Source: Geobacter sp. UBA5730 (GTDB taxonomy: Bacteria > Desulfobacterota > Desulfuromonadia > Geobacterales > Pseudopelobacteraceae). Taken from it: a stretch of DNA of 64,000 bases. A program made the translations under genes and the position numbers. This document shows positions 1 through 10,457 of the stretch, piece after piece. The stretch covers positions 21,699-85,698 of the forward strand of contig DIGE01000010.1 of assembly GCA_002419465.1 (NCBI GenBank), given 5' to 3'. How positions within the stretch are numbered: position 1 is the stretch's first letter; every line of letters begins with the position of its first letter. The notes beneath the pieces were generated by a model. The model ran no database searches, was not told the DNA's origin, and worked only from the letters and a program-made list of their open reading frames with translations.

Positions 1-1
1 G

Positions 2-799
2 TATAAGACGTACTTCGGCCTGCGGGAAAAACCGTTTGGCAAAACCCCGGACCCTCGTTTCCTGTTCCTGTCACGCGGCCATGATGAGGCTTTGGCCCGC
101 CTGGAGTATGCGGTAGAGGAACGGGAGATTGCACTGCTGACCGGTGATGTGGGCTGTGGCAAGACCACCCTGTCACGAGCGCTGATGGACCGTTGCGGTG
201 CCAGCTGCCGGTTTGTGCTGATCTTCAATCCTCGCATGGGGGGGATGGAGTTCCTGCGGACTGTGGCCCATGGTTTTGAGATTAACCTGCCGGCCCGCAC
301 CAAGGATGACTTGTTGCGACAGATTACCGGGGCATTGTATGAATTGTACCGGGCCGGTATCAGTCCGGTGCTGGTGATCGACGAGGCCCAGACCATCAAT
401 GATCTGGAGGTGTTTGATGAGATCCGGCTGCTGACGAATTATCAGCTGGACCATCACAACCTGCTATCCGTGTTGATCATGGGGCAACCGGAACTGCGTA
501 CCATATTACGCTGCCAGCAGATGGAACCGTTGCGGCAACGGATAGCACTGCAATACCATTTGCAACCGCTCTCTCTGGAAGAAACCATGGAATACCTTGA
601 TTTCAGGGTGACTGCGGCCGGCGGAGTGGCGGGACTCTTTACCCCTGATGCGCTGCAAACGATCCATGAACTGTCCGGCGGGGTGCCCCGACGGATTAAC
701 GCTCTTGCCACCAATGCCCTGCTGGTGGCCTACGGTGCCGATGCCGCAATGGTGGATGCAGCCATTGTTCACGAAGTCAGGGACGAAGTACTTTTCTAA
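2..799 (+). CDS. ExeA/MshM-like AAA+ ATPase, 5' end cut by the window edge
   Basis: The frame is open from position 2 and reads YKTYFGLREKPFGKTPDPRFLFLSRGHDEALARLEY upstream of the listed ORF 92..799. It has a Walker A motif (GDVGCGKTT) and a DEAQ-type Walker B (VLVIDEAQ). Its N-terminus is a close paralogue of the ExeA protein at 30999..32591. Confidence 0.8.
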   Translation, partial: YKTYFGLREKPFGKTPDPRFLFLSRGHDEALARLEYAVEEREIALLTGDVGCGKTTLSRALMDRCGASCRFVLIFNPRMGGMEFLRTVAHGFEINLPARTKDDLLRQITGALYELYRAGISPVLVIDEAQTINDLEVFDEIRLLTNYQLDHHNLLSVLIMGQPELRTILRCQQMEPLRQRIALQYHLQPLSLEETMEYLDFRVTAAGGVAGLFTPDALQTIHELSGGVPRRINALATNALLVAYGADAAMVDAAIVHEVRDEVLF

Positions 800-815
800 C
801 CGGGTAGTTCACACT

Positions 816-1562
816 ATGGAACTGGCAAAAATACGCAACAAGGCAAAGCAGGAGGAGGGCAGCACTGCGGCGGTCTCGCTTCCGGTGAGCTCGCCGGCGG
901 CCGATGAACCGGCTGTTCCTCCAGCCTTGGCCTTGCCGGATGACCTGCTTGACGGTGCCGGCGGTGAAGTATCCTTTCCGGGCCCGGCATCTCCTGTCAC
1001 GTCTCCATCGTCTGTGCGCTTTGATCCCCTGGCGGTGATTATGGCAGGCCGTCAGGCGGACCAGCTGGCAATTGCACCGTCAGATTCGTCCGATCAGCCT
1101 CTGGCGTTGGCAGGCGGAGATGAGCAGTACCAGGAGTTTCTCTGCTTTCTGCTGGGCAGCGAAGAATATGGCGTCAATATCATGGAGATCAAGGAGTTGA
1201 TCAAGCCCCGTGAGCTGACCGAAGTGCCACGCGCACCGGACTTCGTGGATGGGATCATCTCACTGCGGGGCATGATCGTTCCGGTAATTGATTTGCGTAA
1301 ACGTCTCGGCCTGTATTCGCGGCGTCCCACCAATCAAGAGCGGGTGGTGATTGTGCGTCATCGCAGCAGTTTTTGCGGGCTGCGAGTGGATACTGTGACC
1401 GGAGTCGTGCGGATTTTTGAGCATCGACGTGAAGCGACCCCTGCTGCCCTTGAAGGGATCGACCGCGATTTTGTGGCTGGAATCGGTCGTTGCGATGGCC
1501 GGATGGTGATTCTGTTGCATGTACAGAATGTGGCCGATGTAGGCCTGGCCGGCGAGGATTGA
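816..1562 (+). CDS. cheW: CheW-like coupling protein with an Ala/Pro-rich N-terminal extension
   Basis: ATG at 816 in the frame of ORF 648..1562. The C-terminal half is a CheW domain (EFLCFLLGSEEYGVNIMEIKELI...IISLRGMIVPVIDLRKRLG). The N-terminal ~100 aa are low complexity. Confidence 0.8.
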   Translation: MELAKIRNKAKQEEGSTAAVSLPVSSPAADEPAVPPALALPDDLLDGAGGEVSFPGPASPVTSPSSVRFDPLAVIMAGRQADQLAIAPSDSSDQPLALAGGDEQYQEFLCFLLGSEEYGVNIMEIKELIKPRELTEVPRAPDFVDGIISLRGMIVPVIDLRKRLGLYSRRPTNQERVVIVRHRSSFCGLRVDTVTGVVRIFEHRREATPAALEGIDRDFVAGIGRCDGRMVILLHVQNVADVGLAGED

Positions 1563-1563
1563 G

Positions 1564-2052
1564 ATGGAGGAGGGGACTGTGCAAGACGTGCAACTGGCCA
1601 GCTTCCGTCTGGGGAACAACCTTTTTGCCGTCGATATCATGCGGATCAGGGAGGTCCTCCTGCCGCAGCCGCTGTGTGGTATGCCACGGGTCTCGCAGGT
1701 GCTCGAGGGAATGATCAACCTGCGGGGCGTGGTGATCCCGGTGGTGAACCTGCGTTCACGTTTTGGGATGGAGCCGCGTTTTGGTGGCACCGGCAAGCTG
1801 ATGATCGTTTCGGTTGGTGGCCGTTTGGTGGCGCTGGCGGTGGATGATGTGGATGAAGTGCTCAATGTCCCGGTCCGGGATATTGTGCCGCCACCGGATA
1901 TGGCCGATGGGGTGGGGGGAGAGTACCTGGTGGGGGTCTGTCTCTGTGATTCCTCGCTGTATCTGATTCTTGATATTGATGCGCTCTTCACTCCGGCTGA
2001 AAGGCGGGAGTTGGGGCGTTTGTCCGGAGAGCCGATCCATGGCGATGTCTGA
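1564..2052 (+). CDS. cheW: CheW chemotaxis coupling protein
   Basis: 162 aa. CheW signature LASFRLGNNLFAVDIMRIREV...MINLRGVVIPVVNLRSRFG. Starts 2 nt after the previous stop. Confidence 0.88.
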   Translation: MEEGTVQDVQLASFRLGNNLFAVDIMRIREVLLPQPLCGMPRVSQVLEGMINLRGVVIPVVNLRSRFGMEPRFGGTGKLMIVSVGGRLVALAVDDVDEVLNVPVRDIVPPPDMADGVGGEYLVGVCLCDSSLYLILDIDALFTPAERRELGRLSGEPIHGDV

Positions 2053-4051
2053 CCGTTCAGCCCGGTTTGATGGTGAAGATGAGGAAGTCAGGCGTCGAAG
2101 CGTCCATGCACAGCTTGGAGTGCCCCTGGATCAATGTCGCGACCTGCTCTGGTCGGCTCTGGGGGATGCAAGCTGGCGGGTGCGTAAAGAGGCGGTGGAT
2201 GTGCTGGTTGCTGCTCGTCCGGGACGGGATGAGATCAACTCTCTGATCACGTTATTGCGTGATCAGGAAAACGCCGGTCTCCGCAATGCAACGGCCGAAT
2301 TGTTGATCCGTCTGGGAAAACGGTCTGTGCCGGTCCTGATGGCATATCTGCATGATTTGGACCATGATCTGCGTAAACAGGTGGTGGATGCGCTGGCAGC
2401 CATCGGCGATCGTAGCGCTGTTCCGGGGCTGGTTGCGGCTCTTGGCGATCGCGACATCAATGTAGCTGCAGCTGCTGCCGAGGCGTTGGGAGCTATTGGT
2501 GACAGTTCAGTTGCCCCGGCTCTGTTGCGTGCCCTTGAACAACATCCCCATGAGTTTTTCAGATTTAATGCGCTGGCTGCTCTGGGCAGGATTGGTCGGC
2601 CAGGACCGCTGCCGCCGGTGGTGGTCATGCTGGCACAGCAGGATATGCTGCAGCTGGCGGTCTATGAGTGTCTGGGCAAGATCGGCGGTGACACTGCAGC
2701 GGCTGACCTCTTGCTGGAGGGGGTGCTGACTGCACTGCCCAGCGTCCGCACAGCCGCCATCCGATCACTGGCATCAGTACTCCAGAACCTAGCACCGTTA
2801 TTTTGTTCGGCAGTTGTTGAAAATTTGCGGGTGTTGGCGGATCAGGGACTGTTGGAAACCCTGGCGGCTGCCTTCGACAAGGATGACCTGGTTCTTTCCG
2901 AAGCGGTGGTAATCCTTTTGGAGGCCTTGCTCGACCCTCGTGGCGTGCCGTTGTTGATGCAGGCCATGGGTGATGAGCGGCTGGCACACCGAGCCGCCGT
3001 TGCGTTGAAAGCTTTTGGCGTTGCCGCTTTGGAACCAGCGACTGAACGCTTTACCTTGGCTGGTGAGGCTGAACGGGCAGCCATCTGTGCCTTGTTGGGA
3101 CAATTGGGTCAAGAAAATAAGACCGTAACGACGGTTATCAGTGATGCCCTGACTGATGATGCGCCGGTGGTTCGGCAAGCCGCTGCCTTAGCCGTTGGAT
3201 CTTTGTCCAGTGTTGAGCTGCTGACTGCTGTCGCTGGATTGCTTGACGATGAGGAGCCAGCTGTACGTGAGGCCGCCCTGCAGACCTTGCGCGCACGTGG
3301 TAGCTCTGAAAAAGACCTGATCCGTGGGATAGCTGCCCAGATGCTGGCATCCGATCTGCCGGAACAACGCCAGGGGGCGGCGTTACTCTGTGCTGCTGTT
3401 GGTGATTGCGATCAATTGGAGAGGTTGATCAAGGATGAAGACCCGGCAGTTCGGGAGGCCGGGGTACGTGCTGTGGGGCGGTTGCGACTGGCAGATTCCT
3501 GTTCAAGTCTGTTGATGGCACTGGTGGACGAGGTTGAGGATGTCCGCATTGCAGCAGCAGAGTCGTTAGGCAGCTGTTGTGCGTTTGAATCCGCGACAGC
3601 GTCGCTTCGACTGGCGTTGCATGATCCTGCTCCCTGGGTGCAGGCTGCAGCCTTGCGCAGTCTGGTTGGGTTGGCTGGCGAGGAGGCGCTGCCAGACATA
3701 CTGGGATTGTGGCAGCGGGGCGATGAGGTAGCTCAACTGGCCTGTCTGGAGGCCTTTGACCGGATTGCTGTGCCGGAGGGGTTTGCCTTGATTTCACAGG
3801 CCCTTGGACAGCGGGACGGCGAGGTGTTAAAAAGCGCTATTGAGATACTTGCCCGGCATGCACCCGAGCTGCTTACTCCCTGGCTGGGTCATATCCTGAG
3901 CCATCAGGACTGGGATGTGCGTATGACTGCGGTGCGGGCATGCGCGGGTCTGCCTGAGCCTGATCGCGTTACACTGTTGCGTATGACCCTTGAACATGAG
4001 GACCACGATCTGGTCAGGCAGGCCGTTCGGCGTCTTTTGGATAGTGATTAG
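2039..4051 (+). CDS. HEAT-repeat (PBS-lyase type) protein embedded in the che operon
   Basis: ATG at 2039 (MAMSDRS) in the frame of ORF 1970..4051. Contains many tandem repeats of the type VRxxAxxALGxIGdxxAvpaLlxaL. Confidence 0.8.
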   Translation: MAMSDRSARFDGEDEEVRRRSVHAQLGVPLDQCRDLLWSALGDASWRVRKEAVDVLVAARPGRDEINSLITLLRDQENAGLRNATAELLIRLGKRSVPVLMAYLHDLDHDLRKQVVDALAAIGDRSAVPGLVAALGDRDINVAAAAAEALGAIGDSSVAPALLRALEQHPHEFFRFNALAALGRIGRPGPLPPVVVMLAQQDMLQLAVYECLGKIGGDTAAADLLLEGVLTALPSVRTAAIRSLASVLQNLAPLFCSAVVENLRVLADQGLLETLAAAFDKDDLVLSEAVVILLEALLDPRGVPLLMQAMGDERLAHRAAVALKAFGVAALEPATERFTLAGEAERAAICALLGQLGQENKTVTTVISDALTDDAPVVRQAAALAVGSLSSVELLTAVAGLLDDEEPAVREAALQTLRARGSSEKDLIRGIAAQMLASDLPEQRQGAALLCAAVGDCDQLERLIKDEDPAVREAGVRAVGRLRLADSCSSLLMALVDEVEDVRIAAAESLGSCCAFESATASLRLALHDPAPWVQAAALRSLVGLAGEEALPDILGLWQRGDEVAQLACLEAFDRIAVPEGFALISQALGQRDGEVLKSAIEILARHAPELLTPWLGHILSHQDWDVRMTAVRACAGLPEPDRVTLLRMTLEHEDHDLVRQAVRRLLDSD

Positions 4052-4053
4052 CC

Positions 4054-4932
4054 ATGCTGGGGACTGACCAGGCCATACTGATGCCTGACGAGGAGTTCCG
4101 TCTGTTGCGGGATATTGTCTATGCTCACAGTGGCCTTTATTTTGAAGATAATGCCAAATATCTGCTGGAAAAACGTCTGGGGCGACGGTTAATAGCCCAC
4201 CAGCTCAAGTCGTATCGTGAATATTATCAGTTTTTGAAATTTAATCGGAAACGGGAGCAGGAACTGGAGGAGATCATGGATCTCCTCACGACCAACGAGA
4301 CCTATTTTTTTCGCGAGGCGTACCAACTAAGTGCGTTTTCCGATGAAATTCTGCCCGAACTCTGCAAACGAAAGCAAAAAGCGGGTCAGCCACAGCGGCT
4401 GAGAATATGGAGCGCCGGTTGTTCTACCGGTGAAGAGCCATACACCATCGCCATGCTACTCTTGGAACAGCACTGCCTCAAGGGGTGGCAACTGGAAATT
4501 ATTGGTACCGACATCAGTCAGCGGGTGTTGCAACAGGCACGGCGGGGCGTCTATAGTCGGTCTTCGTTCAGGATGACGGATGATTACTACCTGCTTAAAT
4601 ATTTTGAACCTCAGGATGGCGGTTTTCGTGTGAACGATCAGGTGCGAAAGCTGGTGGCCATCAGTCATCTGAACCTGCAGGATCATAGCCGGATGGCGAT
4701 GCTGGGCAGTTTTGACCTGATTTTTTGTCGTAACGTGATCATTTATTTTGATCAATCAGCCAAAAAACGGGTGGTGGAGTCATTTCATGGCGTTTTGCAG
4801 GATGGCGGTTTTCTGCTGTTGGGCCATTCTGAATCACTGATGAACATCACCACGCTCTTCACCTTGCGGCATTTCAAGAATGACATGGTCTACCAAAAGC
4901 CAGGTATTGTTATGGACGGGGGCCTGTCATGA
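4054..4932 (+). CDS. cheR: Chemotaxis protein methyltransferase CheR
   Basis: 292 aa. SAM-binding motif RIWSAGCSTGEEPYTIAML and the N-terminal CheR helical domain. Confidence 0.9.
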   Translation: MLGTDQAILMPDEEFRLLRDIVYAHSGLYFEDNAKYLLEKRLGRRLIAHQLKSYREYYQFLKFNRKREQELEEIMDLLTTNETYFFREAYQLSAFSDEILPELCKRKQKAGQPQRLRIWSAGCSTGEEPYTIAMLLLEQHCLKGWQLEIIGTDISQRVLQQARRGVYSRSSFRMTDDYYLLKYFEPQDGGFRVNDQVRKLVAISHLNLQDHSRMAMLGSFDLIFCRNVIIYFDQSAKKRVVESFHGVLQDGGFLLLGHSESLMNITTLFTLRHFKNDMVYQKPGIVMDGGLS

Positions 4933-5984
4933 AGCCGGTGCGGGTGTTGGTGGTTGACGATTCGGCTTACAGCCGTCGCAGCATTACCAAGATGCTGGAA
5001 GGGGTGCCGGGGATTCAGGTAGTGGGCTACGCCGTGGATGGGGAAGAGGGAATCCGCCAGGTGATCAGCCTTAAGCCTGATCTGGTGACTCTGGATCTGG
5101 AAATGCCCCGCATGGACGGTTTTACCCTGCTGAGAATCCTGGCGGGACGGTTCAACCTGCCGGTGATCGTGGTCAGCGTTCAATCCGATGCGGAAAAGGT
5201 CTTTCGGGCGCTGGAACTGGGGGCGGTTGATTTTGTTGCCAAGCCGTCCAGTGATGCCAGTGCTGCCCTTTTGTCCATCACCAGAGACCTGCAGTACAAG
5301 GTCGGGCAGGCTGTCACGGCGCAGGTCAAGAAGTATCAACGACTCAGCGATCATGCCGTCCCGCATCAGAACCACCGGGCCGCAGGTCGTTCTGCAGGTA
5401 AATCCAGCATCGAGTTGGTGGCTATTGCTGCTTCAACCGGAGGTCCGCCTGCCCTACAGGGAATCTTCAGCGCCTTTGAGCGAGTCTATCCCTTCGGTGT
5501 GGTGGTGGCCCAGCATATGCCTCCCGGTTTTACCAAGGCCTTTGCCGAGCGTTTGAACCGCGCATCGCTGTTTGAGGTTCGCGAGGCACAGGACGGCGAT
5601 TTGATACGGCCTGGCTTGGCACTGATTGCTCCTGGCGGCAGCAGTCTGCAATTGGAAGCTGCTACTGGTATGGTGCGGGCACGGGTACTGCCGCCTGACC
5701 CCGACTACCGCTACAATCCGTCAGCCGATGCCCTGTTCAGCTCCTGTGCCCCCTTGTACGGTGCCCGAATGCTGGCGGTGGTGCTGACCGGCATGGGTAA
5801 TGACGGCAGCCAGGGCATACGGCTGGTAAAACAGCACGGCGGTCAGGTGATGGCCGAGGCGGAGGAGAGTTCGGTGGTGTATGGCATGCCGCGCGAGGCG
5901 GTTGCCACCGGATGTGTGGACCGGGTTGAAGCGCTGGCGGCGATTCCCTGCGCGATTCTGGACTGCGGTAATTTTGAACATTGA
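4929..5984 (+). CDS. cheB: Chemotaxis response regulator protein-glutamate methylesterase CheB
   Basis: 351 aa. Receiver domain (VLVVDDS...DLVTLDLEMPRMDG) plus methylesterase domain (AIAASTGGPPAL, GMGNDG). Overlaps the cheR stop by 4 nt. Confidence 0.92.
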   Translation: MKPVRVLVVDDSAYSRRSITKMLEGVPGIQVVGYAVDGEEGIRQVISLKPDLVTLDLEMPRMDGFTLLRILAGRFNLPVIVVSVQSDAEKVFRALELGAVDFVAKPSSDASAALLSITRDLQYKVGQAVTAQVKKYQRLSDHAVPHQNHRAAGRSAGKSSIELVAIAASTGGPPALQGIFSAFERVYPFGVVVAQHMPPGFTKAFAERLNRASLFEVREAQDGDLIRPGLALIAPGGSSLQLEAATGMVRARVLPPDPDYRYNPSADALFSSCAPLYGARMLAVVLTGMGNDGSQGIRLVKQHGGQVMAEAEESSVVYGMPREAVATGCVDRVEALAAIPCAILDCGNFEH

Positions 5985-6020
5985 GCTATGAGTAATCCAT
6001 TCAACAACAAGGAGCAACAG

Positions 6021-8498
6021 ATGTCTGCTGAACTGAAGTACAGCCCCGGTAAGATTGAGGCAAAGTGGCAGAAACACTGGGCCGACCAAAAGACCTTCCA
6101 GGTAACCGAAGACCCGGCCAAGCAAAAGTACTACCTGCTGGAGATGTTTCCCTATCCCTCTGGCCGGATTCATATGGGACATGTGCGCAACTACTCCATC
6201 GGCGATGTAGTGGGTCGTTTCAAGCGGATGCGCGGTCTGAACGTGCTGCATCCAATGGGTTGGGACGCCTTCGGCATGCCGGCGGAGAACGCCGCTATCA
6301 AGAACAACAGCCACCCTGCGGCCTGGACCTACGAAAACATGGCCTACATGCGGGATCAGCTGAAACAGATGGGGCTTTCCTATGACTGGGACCGTGAACT
6401 GGCCACCTGCGACGTCTCCTACTATCGCTGGGAGCAGAAGCTGTTCCTGGAGATGTACAAGCAGGGGTTGGCCTACAAAAAACAGTCTTTTGTCAACTGG
6501 TGCCCCTCCTGCGAGACCGTGTTGGCCAACGAACAGGTGGAAGATGGCGCCTGCTGGCGTTGTGACAACGAGGTGCAGCAGAAGGAGCTGGAGCAGTGGT
6601 TCTTCCGGATCACGGATTATGCCCAGGAATTGTTGGATTATACCTACAAGCTGCCGGGCTGGCCTGAGCGGGTGTTGGTGATGCAGCGCAACTGGATTGG
6701 CCGCAGCACCGGTTGTGAGATTGATTTCCCGCTAGATGCCCGCGAAGGTGCCATCCGGGTTTTTACCACCCGTCAGGACACTCTGTTTGGCGCCACCTTC
6801 ATGTCCTTGGCACCGGAACACCCAATGGCGTTGGAACTCACCACCGTTGACCAGCGGGCCGAGGTGGAGGCCTTCATCGACAAGGTTAAAAAGACCGACC
6901 GGATCAAGCGCACTGCCGATGACTTTGAAAAAGAAGGTGTTTTCACCGGCAGTTACTGCACAAACCCGGCAACGGGTACGAAAATGCCGATCTTCCTCGC
7001 CAACTTCGTGCTGGTGGAGTACGGCACCGGCGCCGTGATGGCCGTTCCGACCCACGATCAGCGGGACTTCGAGTTTGCCAGAAAATACGACCTGCCGTTG
7101 GTGGTGGTGATTCAGCCGGAAGGTGAAACCCTGGACCCGGCCAGTATGACCGCCGCCTATACCGAAGCCGGTATCATGGTCAACTCGGGGGGGTTTGATG
7201 GACAGCGCAGTGATAGCGCCAAGGAGGCGATCGCCGACTGGCTGGAGCAGGGTGGCAAGGGCAGGAAAACAGTCAACTTCAGATTGAGGGATTGGGGTGT
7301 ATCACGTCAAAGATATTGGGGAAATCCAATTCCGATTATCTACTGTGACTGCTGTGGTGTTGTGCCGGTACCGGATAAGGATCTGCCGGTGGTACTGCCC
7401 CACGACGTGGTCTTTACCGGTGAAGGCGGCAGTCCGCTGGCCAGGCTGGACAGTTTCCGCAATGTGCCCTGTCCCCAGTGTGGCAAGCCGGCTCGCCGTG
7501 AAAGCGATACCATGGATACCTTTGTGGAATCCTCCTGGTATTTTCTGCGCTACTGTTGCCCTGATTTTGAGGGGGGCATGGTGGACAAGGCCCGCACCGA
7601 TTACTGGATGTCGGTGGATCAGTATATCGGTGGTATCGAACATGCCGTGCTGCACCTGCTGTATGCCCGTTTTTTCACCAAGGTGATGCGGGATCTGGGA
7701 CATATTTCGGTGGATGAACCGTTCACCAACCTGCTGACCCAGGGGATGGTAATCAAGGACGGCGCCAAGATGAGCAAATCCAAGGGCAATGTGGTGGATC
7801 CCGATGCCCTGATCAAGAAGTATGGCGCCGATACTGCCCGTCTATTCTCGTTGTTTGCTGCGCCACCGGAAAAAGACCTGGATTGGAACGAGCAAGGTGT
7901 TGAGGGCTGCTTCCGGTTTCTGAACCGGGTCTGGAAGTTGGCACATGAATATCTGCCAGCGGTGGTGGGGGCAACGGCGCTGGATGGCGCTTCGTTGACC
8001 GATGAGGAGCGCACCCTGCGGCGGGCGGTACACAAGACCCTTAAAAAAGTGACCGAGGATATTGACGAGCGGTTCCATTTCAACACCGCGATTGCTGCGG
8101 TGATGGAACTGATGAATGTCTTGCAGGGGGCCAGGTTGTCCACACCCCAGGCTGCTGCCGTGATGAAGGAGGCGCTGGATCTGTTGTTGCAGATGCTGGC
8201 TCCCTTTGTACCCCATATCACCGAAGAGCTGTGGCAGCAGTTGGGTCACGCTACCTGTCTGGCCGATACGGTCTGGCCAGTCTACGATCCGTCAGCGGTC
8301 GTGGAGGAGGAATTGTTGATCGTGGTGCAGGTCAATGGCAAGTTGCGTTCCCGCCTCTCGGTTGCCACCGGCACCGATGATGAGACGGTCAAGGCCCAGG
8401 CTCTGGCCGACGACAAGGTCAAGGTTTTTACAGATGGGCAGCAGATTCATAAGGTGATCTATATCCCTGGAAAGCTGGTTAACATTGTTGCGGGGTAG
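6021..8498 (+). CDS. leuS: Leucine--tRNA ligase
   Basis: HMGH motif ([13 protein letters not shown]) and KMSKS motif. An AAGGAG ribosome-binding site precedes ATG 6021. The ORF track offers an earlier start at 5988. Confidence 0.95.
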   Translation: MSAELKYSPGKIEAKWQKHWADQKTFQVTEDPAKQKYYLLEMFPYPSGRIHMGHVRNYSIGDVVGRFKRMRGLNVLHPMGWDAFGMPAENAAIKNNSHPAAWTYENMAYMRDQLKQMGLSYDWDRELATCDVSYYRWEQKLFLEMYKQGLAYKKQSFVNWCPSCETVLANEQVEDGACWRCDNEVQQKELEQWFFRITDYAQELLDYTYKLPGWPERVLVMQRNWIGRSTGCEIDFPLDAREGAIRVFTTRQDTLFGATFMSLAPEHPMALELTTVDQRAEVEAFIDKVKKTDRIKRTADDFEKEGVFTGSYCTNPATGTKMPIFLANFVLVEYGTGAVMAVPTHDQRDFEFARKYDLPLVVVIQPEGETLDPASMTAAYTEAGIMVNSGGFDGQRSDSAKEAIADWLEQGGKGRKTVNFRLRDWGVSRQRYWGNPIPIIYCDCCGVVPVPDKDLPVVLPHDVVFTGEGGSPLARLDSFRNVPCPQCGKPARRESDTMDTFVESSWYFLRYCCPDFEGGMVDKARTDYWMSVDQYIGGIEHAVLHLLYARFFTKVMRDLGHISVDEPFTNLLTQGMVIKDGAKMSKSKGNVVDPDALIKKYGADTARLFSLFAAPPEKDLDWNEQGVEGCFRFLNRVWKLAHEYLPAVVGATALDGASLTDEERTLRRAVHKTLKKVTEDIDERFHFNTAIAAVMELMNVLQGARLSTPQAAAVMKEALDLLLQMLAPFVPHITEELWQQLGHATCLADTVWPVYDPSAVVEEELLIVVQVNGKLRSRLSVATGTDDETVKAQALADDKVKVFTDGQQIHKVIYIPGKLVNIVAG

Positions 8499-9021
8499 GG
8501 GGTGGGTGAACGGGCTGGCGGCCCTTGCGGTTGTCCTGTTGCTGGCCGGCTGCGGTTATCGTTTTACTGCTGACAGCGGTACCCGGTTAACGGCTGGACA
8601 AAAGGTTTGGGTGGCCTACTTTCAGAACAACACGGTCTATCCAAATGCCTCGGTGATGCTGAAACGAGCCCTGTTTGACCAGTTTGCCGCCCTGCGTGGC
8701 ATATTGCCGGCGGCTACTCCGGATGATGGTGATCTGCTGGTGGAAGGTACCCTGACCGGTTATGGTGCGGGAGCGGCCAGTTACTCCGCCACGGATGTGG
8801 TAAAGGAGTACCGGCTGACAGTGACCGCAGCGGTGACGGTACGCCGTAAGGGAGATGCCAAGGGTGCCAAGCCACTCTGGAAGGGCACGGCGACGGCTTG
8901 GCAGGATTACCCGGTTTCTGCCAACATCGAGTCACAGCGTAGCAGCGAGGATGCAGCCTTGGTGGCCGCTTCACGCAAGCTGGCGCAGCAGGTGATCTGG
9001 AATCTGGAGCAGAACTACTGA
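8485..9021 (+). CDS. lptE: LPS-assembly lipoprotein LptE
   Basis: Lipobox LLLAGCGY and the conserved leuS-lptE-holA gene order. An alternative GTG start at 8506 would avoid overlapping leuS. Confidence 0.7.
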   Translation: MLRGRGWVNGLAALAVVLLLAGCGYRFTADSGTRLTAGQKVWVAYFQNNTVYPNASVMLKRALFDQFAALRGILPAATPDDGDLLVEGTLTGYGAGAASYSATDVVKEYRLTVTAAVTVRRKGDAKGAKPLWKGTATAWQDYPVSANIESQRSSEDAALVAASRKLAQQVIWNLEQNY

Positions 9022-10019
9022 TGACCGAGCAGGAACTGGATAAGCAGTTGGGGACCGGTGTTTTTGCACCGGTCTATTTTTTGTATGGCGAGGAACCGTT
9101 TCTGGTAGAGCGCGCCGCCAACCGGATCATGGAGCGAGTGGTTGATCCGGCCATGAAAGATTTTAATCTGAACATTTACTACGGAAGCGATTGCAAAGGG
9201 ACCGAAATACTTGACACGTCCCAGACCCTGCCGATGTTTGCCGAGCGCCGGGTGGTGCTGGTAAGGCGGGCTGAGGGGCTGCCTGCGGCGACTCAGGAGG
9301 GACTGCTGCCCTATCTGGCCAACCCCTGTCCTGAAACCTGTCTGATCTTTGCGGCCGGCAAGCCGGACCTGCGGCGCAAGTTTTTTGCCGAGCTGAAAAA
9401 GCAGCCAGGCAGCCTGGAGTTCAAGAAGCTTTATGAAAACAAGCTGAGTCCTTTTATCAGCAGTGAGGCCGCCCGTCATGGCAAGAGGATCGATAGTGCC
9501 GGGGCTGAACTGCTGGCCTTTCTGGTGGGTAACAACCTACAGGCCCTGTCTTCTCAGGTTGAAAAGGCCGCCATCTTTGTGGGTAGCCGTCCAGCAGTTA
9601 CGGTGGATGATTTGCGGACGATTGTCAGTCAAAGTAAAGAGTTCAGCGCCTTTGAGCTGGCCCGTTTTATGGGAGAAAAAAACCTGGCTAAGGCTTTGGC
9701 CACCCTGGAGTCGATGCTGATGAACGGTGAAGAGGCACCAATGATCCTGGGAGCCTTGGCCAGTCATTTTCGTCGGATCTGGCGGATTCGTGAGCTGCTG
9801 GATCAGAAGCTGCCAGCGGCCGAGATCGGTAAGCAGCTCAAGATCCACCAGTTTTTTTTGAGTGATCAGGTGACTCAGGCCAAGAAATATACAACGCTTG
9901 AACTGGAGGCACTGTTCGAACGGTTGTACCGGGGGGATTTGGCGGTCAAGACCGGCAGTGCGTCGGCTACGGTCTTGCAGGGGGTGGTATATGATGCCTG
10001 TAGTGGTACTTTACGATAA
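9021..10019 (+). CDS. holA: DNA polymerase III subunit delta
   Basis: 332 aa. N-terminus (VYFLYGEEPFLVE) and length fit HolA, as does its position after lptE. Confidence 0.85.
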   Translation: MTEQELDKQLGTGVFAPVYFLYGEEPFLVERAANRIMERVVDPAMKDFNLNIYYGSDCKGTEILDTSQTLPMFAERRVVLVRRAEGLPAATQEGLLPYLANPCPETCLIFAAGKPDLRRKFFAELKKQPGSLEFKKLYENKLSPFISSEAARHGKRIDSAGAELLAFLVGNNLQALSSQVEKAAIFVGSRPAVTVDDLRTIVSQSKEFSAFELARFMGEKNLAKALATLESMLMNGEEAPMILGALASHFRRIWRIRELLDQKLPAAEIGKQLKIHQFFLSDQVTQAKKYTTLELEALFERLYRGDLAVKTGSASATVLQGVVYDACSGTLR

Positions 10020-10055
10020 AGAGGCTGTCGTATCTGAATAAAAAGTACAAAAAAG

Positions 10056-10087
10056 GGCCCCCGCTCGAAAGTGGAGGCCTTTTATTT
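10056..10087. terminator. Bidirectional intrinsic terminator between convergent holA and rpsT
   Basis: Imperfect 9-bp stem GGCCCCCGC / GTGGAGGCC with loop TCGAAA. It is flanked by an A-run on the left and TTTTATTT on the right. Confidence 0.6.
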
Positions 10088-10109
10088 GTACAACAAGCTG
10101 AAACCTTGA

Positions 10110-10373
10110 CTAGCCCAGGGTGTTGACCAGCTTGGTCAGACGGGAAACGCTACGGGCTGCGTTGGTCTTGTGGATAACCCCTTTGGTGGCGGTTTTGTCA
10201 ATAACCGGAATGGCAGCCTGCAGTGCCTCCTGGGCAGCAGCCTTGTCTTTTTTCTCTACAGCCTCGCGAACCCGTTTGATGTAAGTCTTGAGGGTTGATT
10301 TCTGGTGACGGTTGCGGGCGTTACGCTTTTCGTTCTGTTTGATCCGCTTGATTGCCGACTTGTGATGAGCCAC
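10110..10373 (-). CDS. rpsT: 30S ribosomal protein S20
   Basis: 87 aa, starting [21 protein letters not shown], which is typical of S20. Confidence 0.95.
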   Translation of the reverse strand: MAHHKSAIKRIKQNEKRNARNRHQKSTLKTYIKRVREAVEKKDKAAAQEALQAAIPVIDKTATKGVIHKTNAARSVSRLTKLVNTLG

Positions 10374-10457
10374 GTGCTACCTCCGAATGATTGCAGCAAT
10401 GCATGCTGGTAATTGGTGGAATTGAAGCGAAATTTTTAGCATGCAGCCAGGAGGCTG

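Noticed and set aside
648-815. N-terminal extensions offered by the ORF track: 648..815 on CheW, 1970..2038 on the HEAT protein, 51037..51255 on Lgt, 56389..56514 on DUF1016, 29884..29985 on TatD-rSAM, 52406..52501 on DinB and 22878..22949 on AcnB.
   Set aside because: The extensions overlap upstream genes or intergenic hairpins and have odd composition. Internal ATG codons give family-typical N-termini, often with a Shine-Dalgarno sequence.
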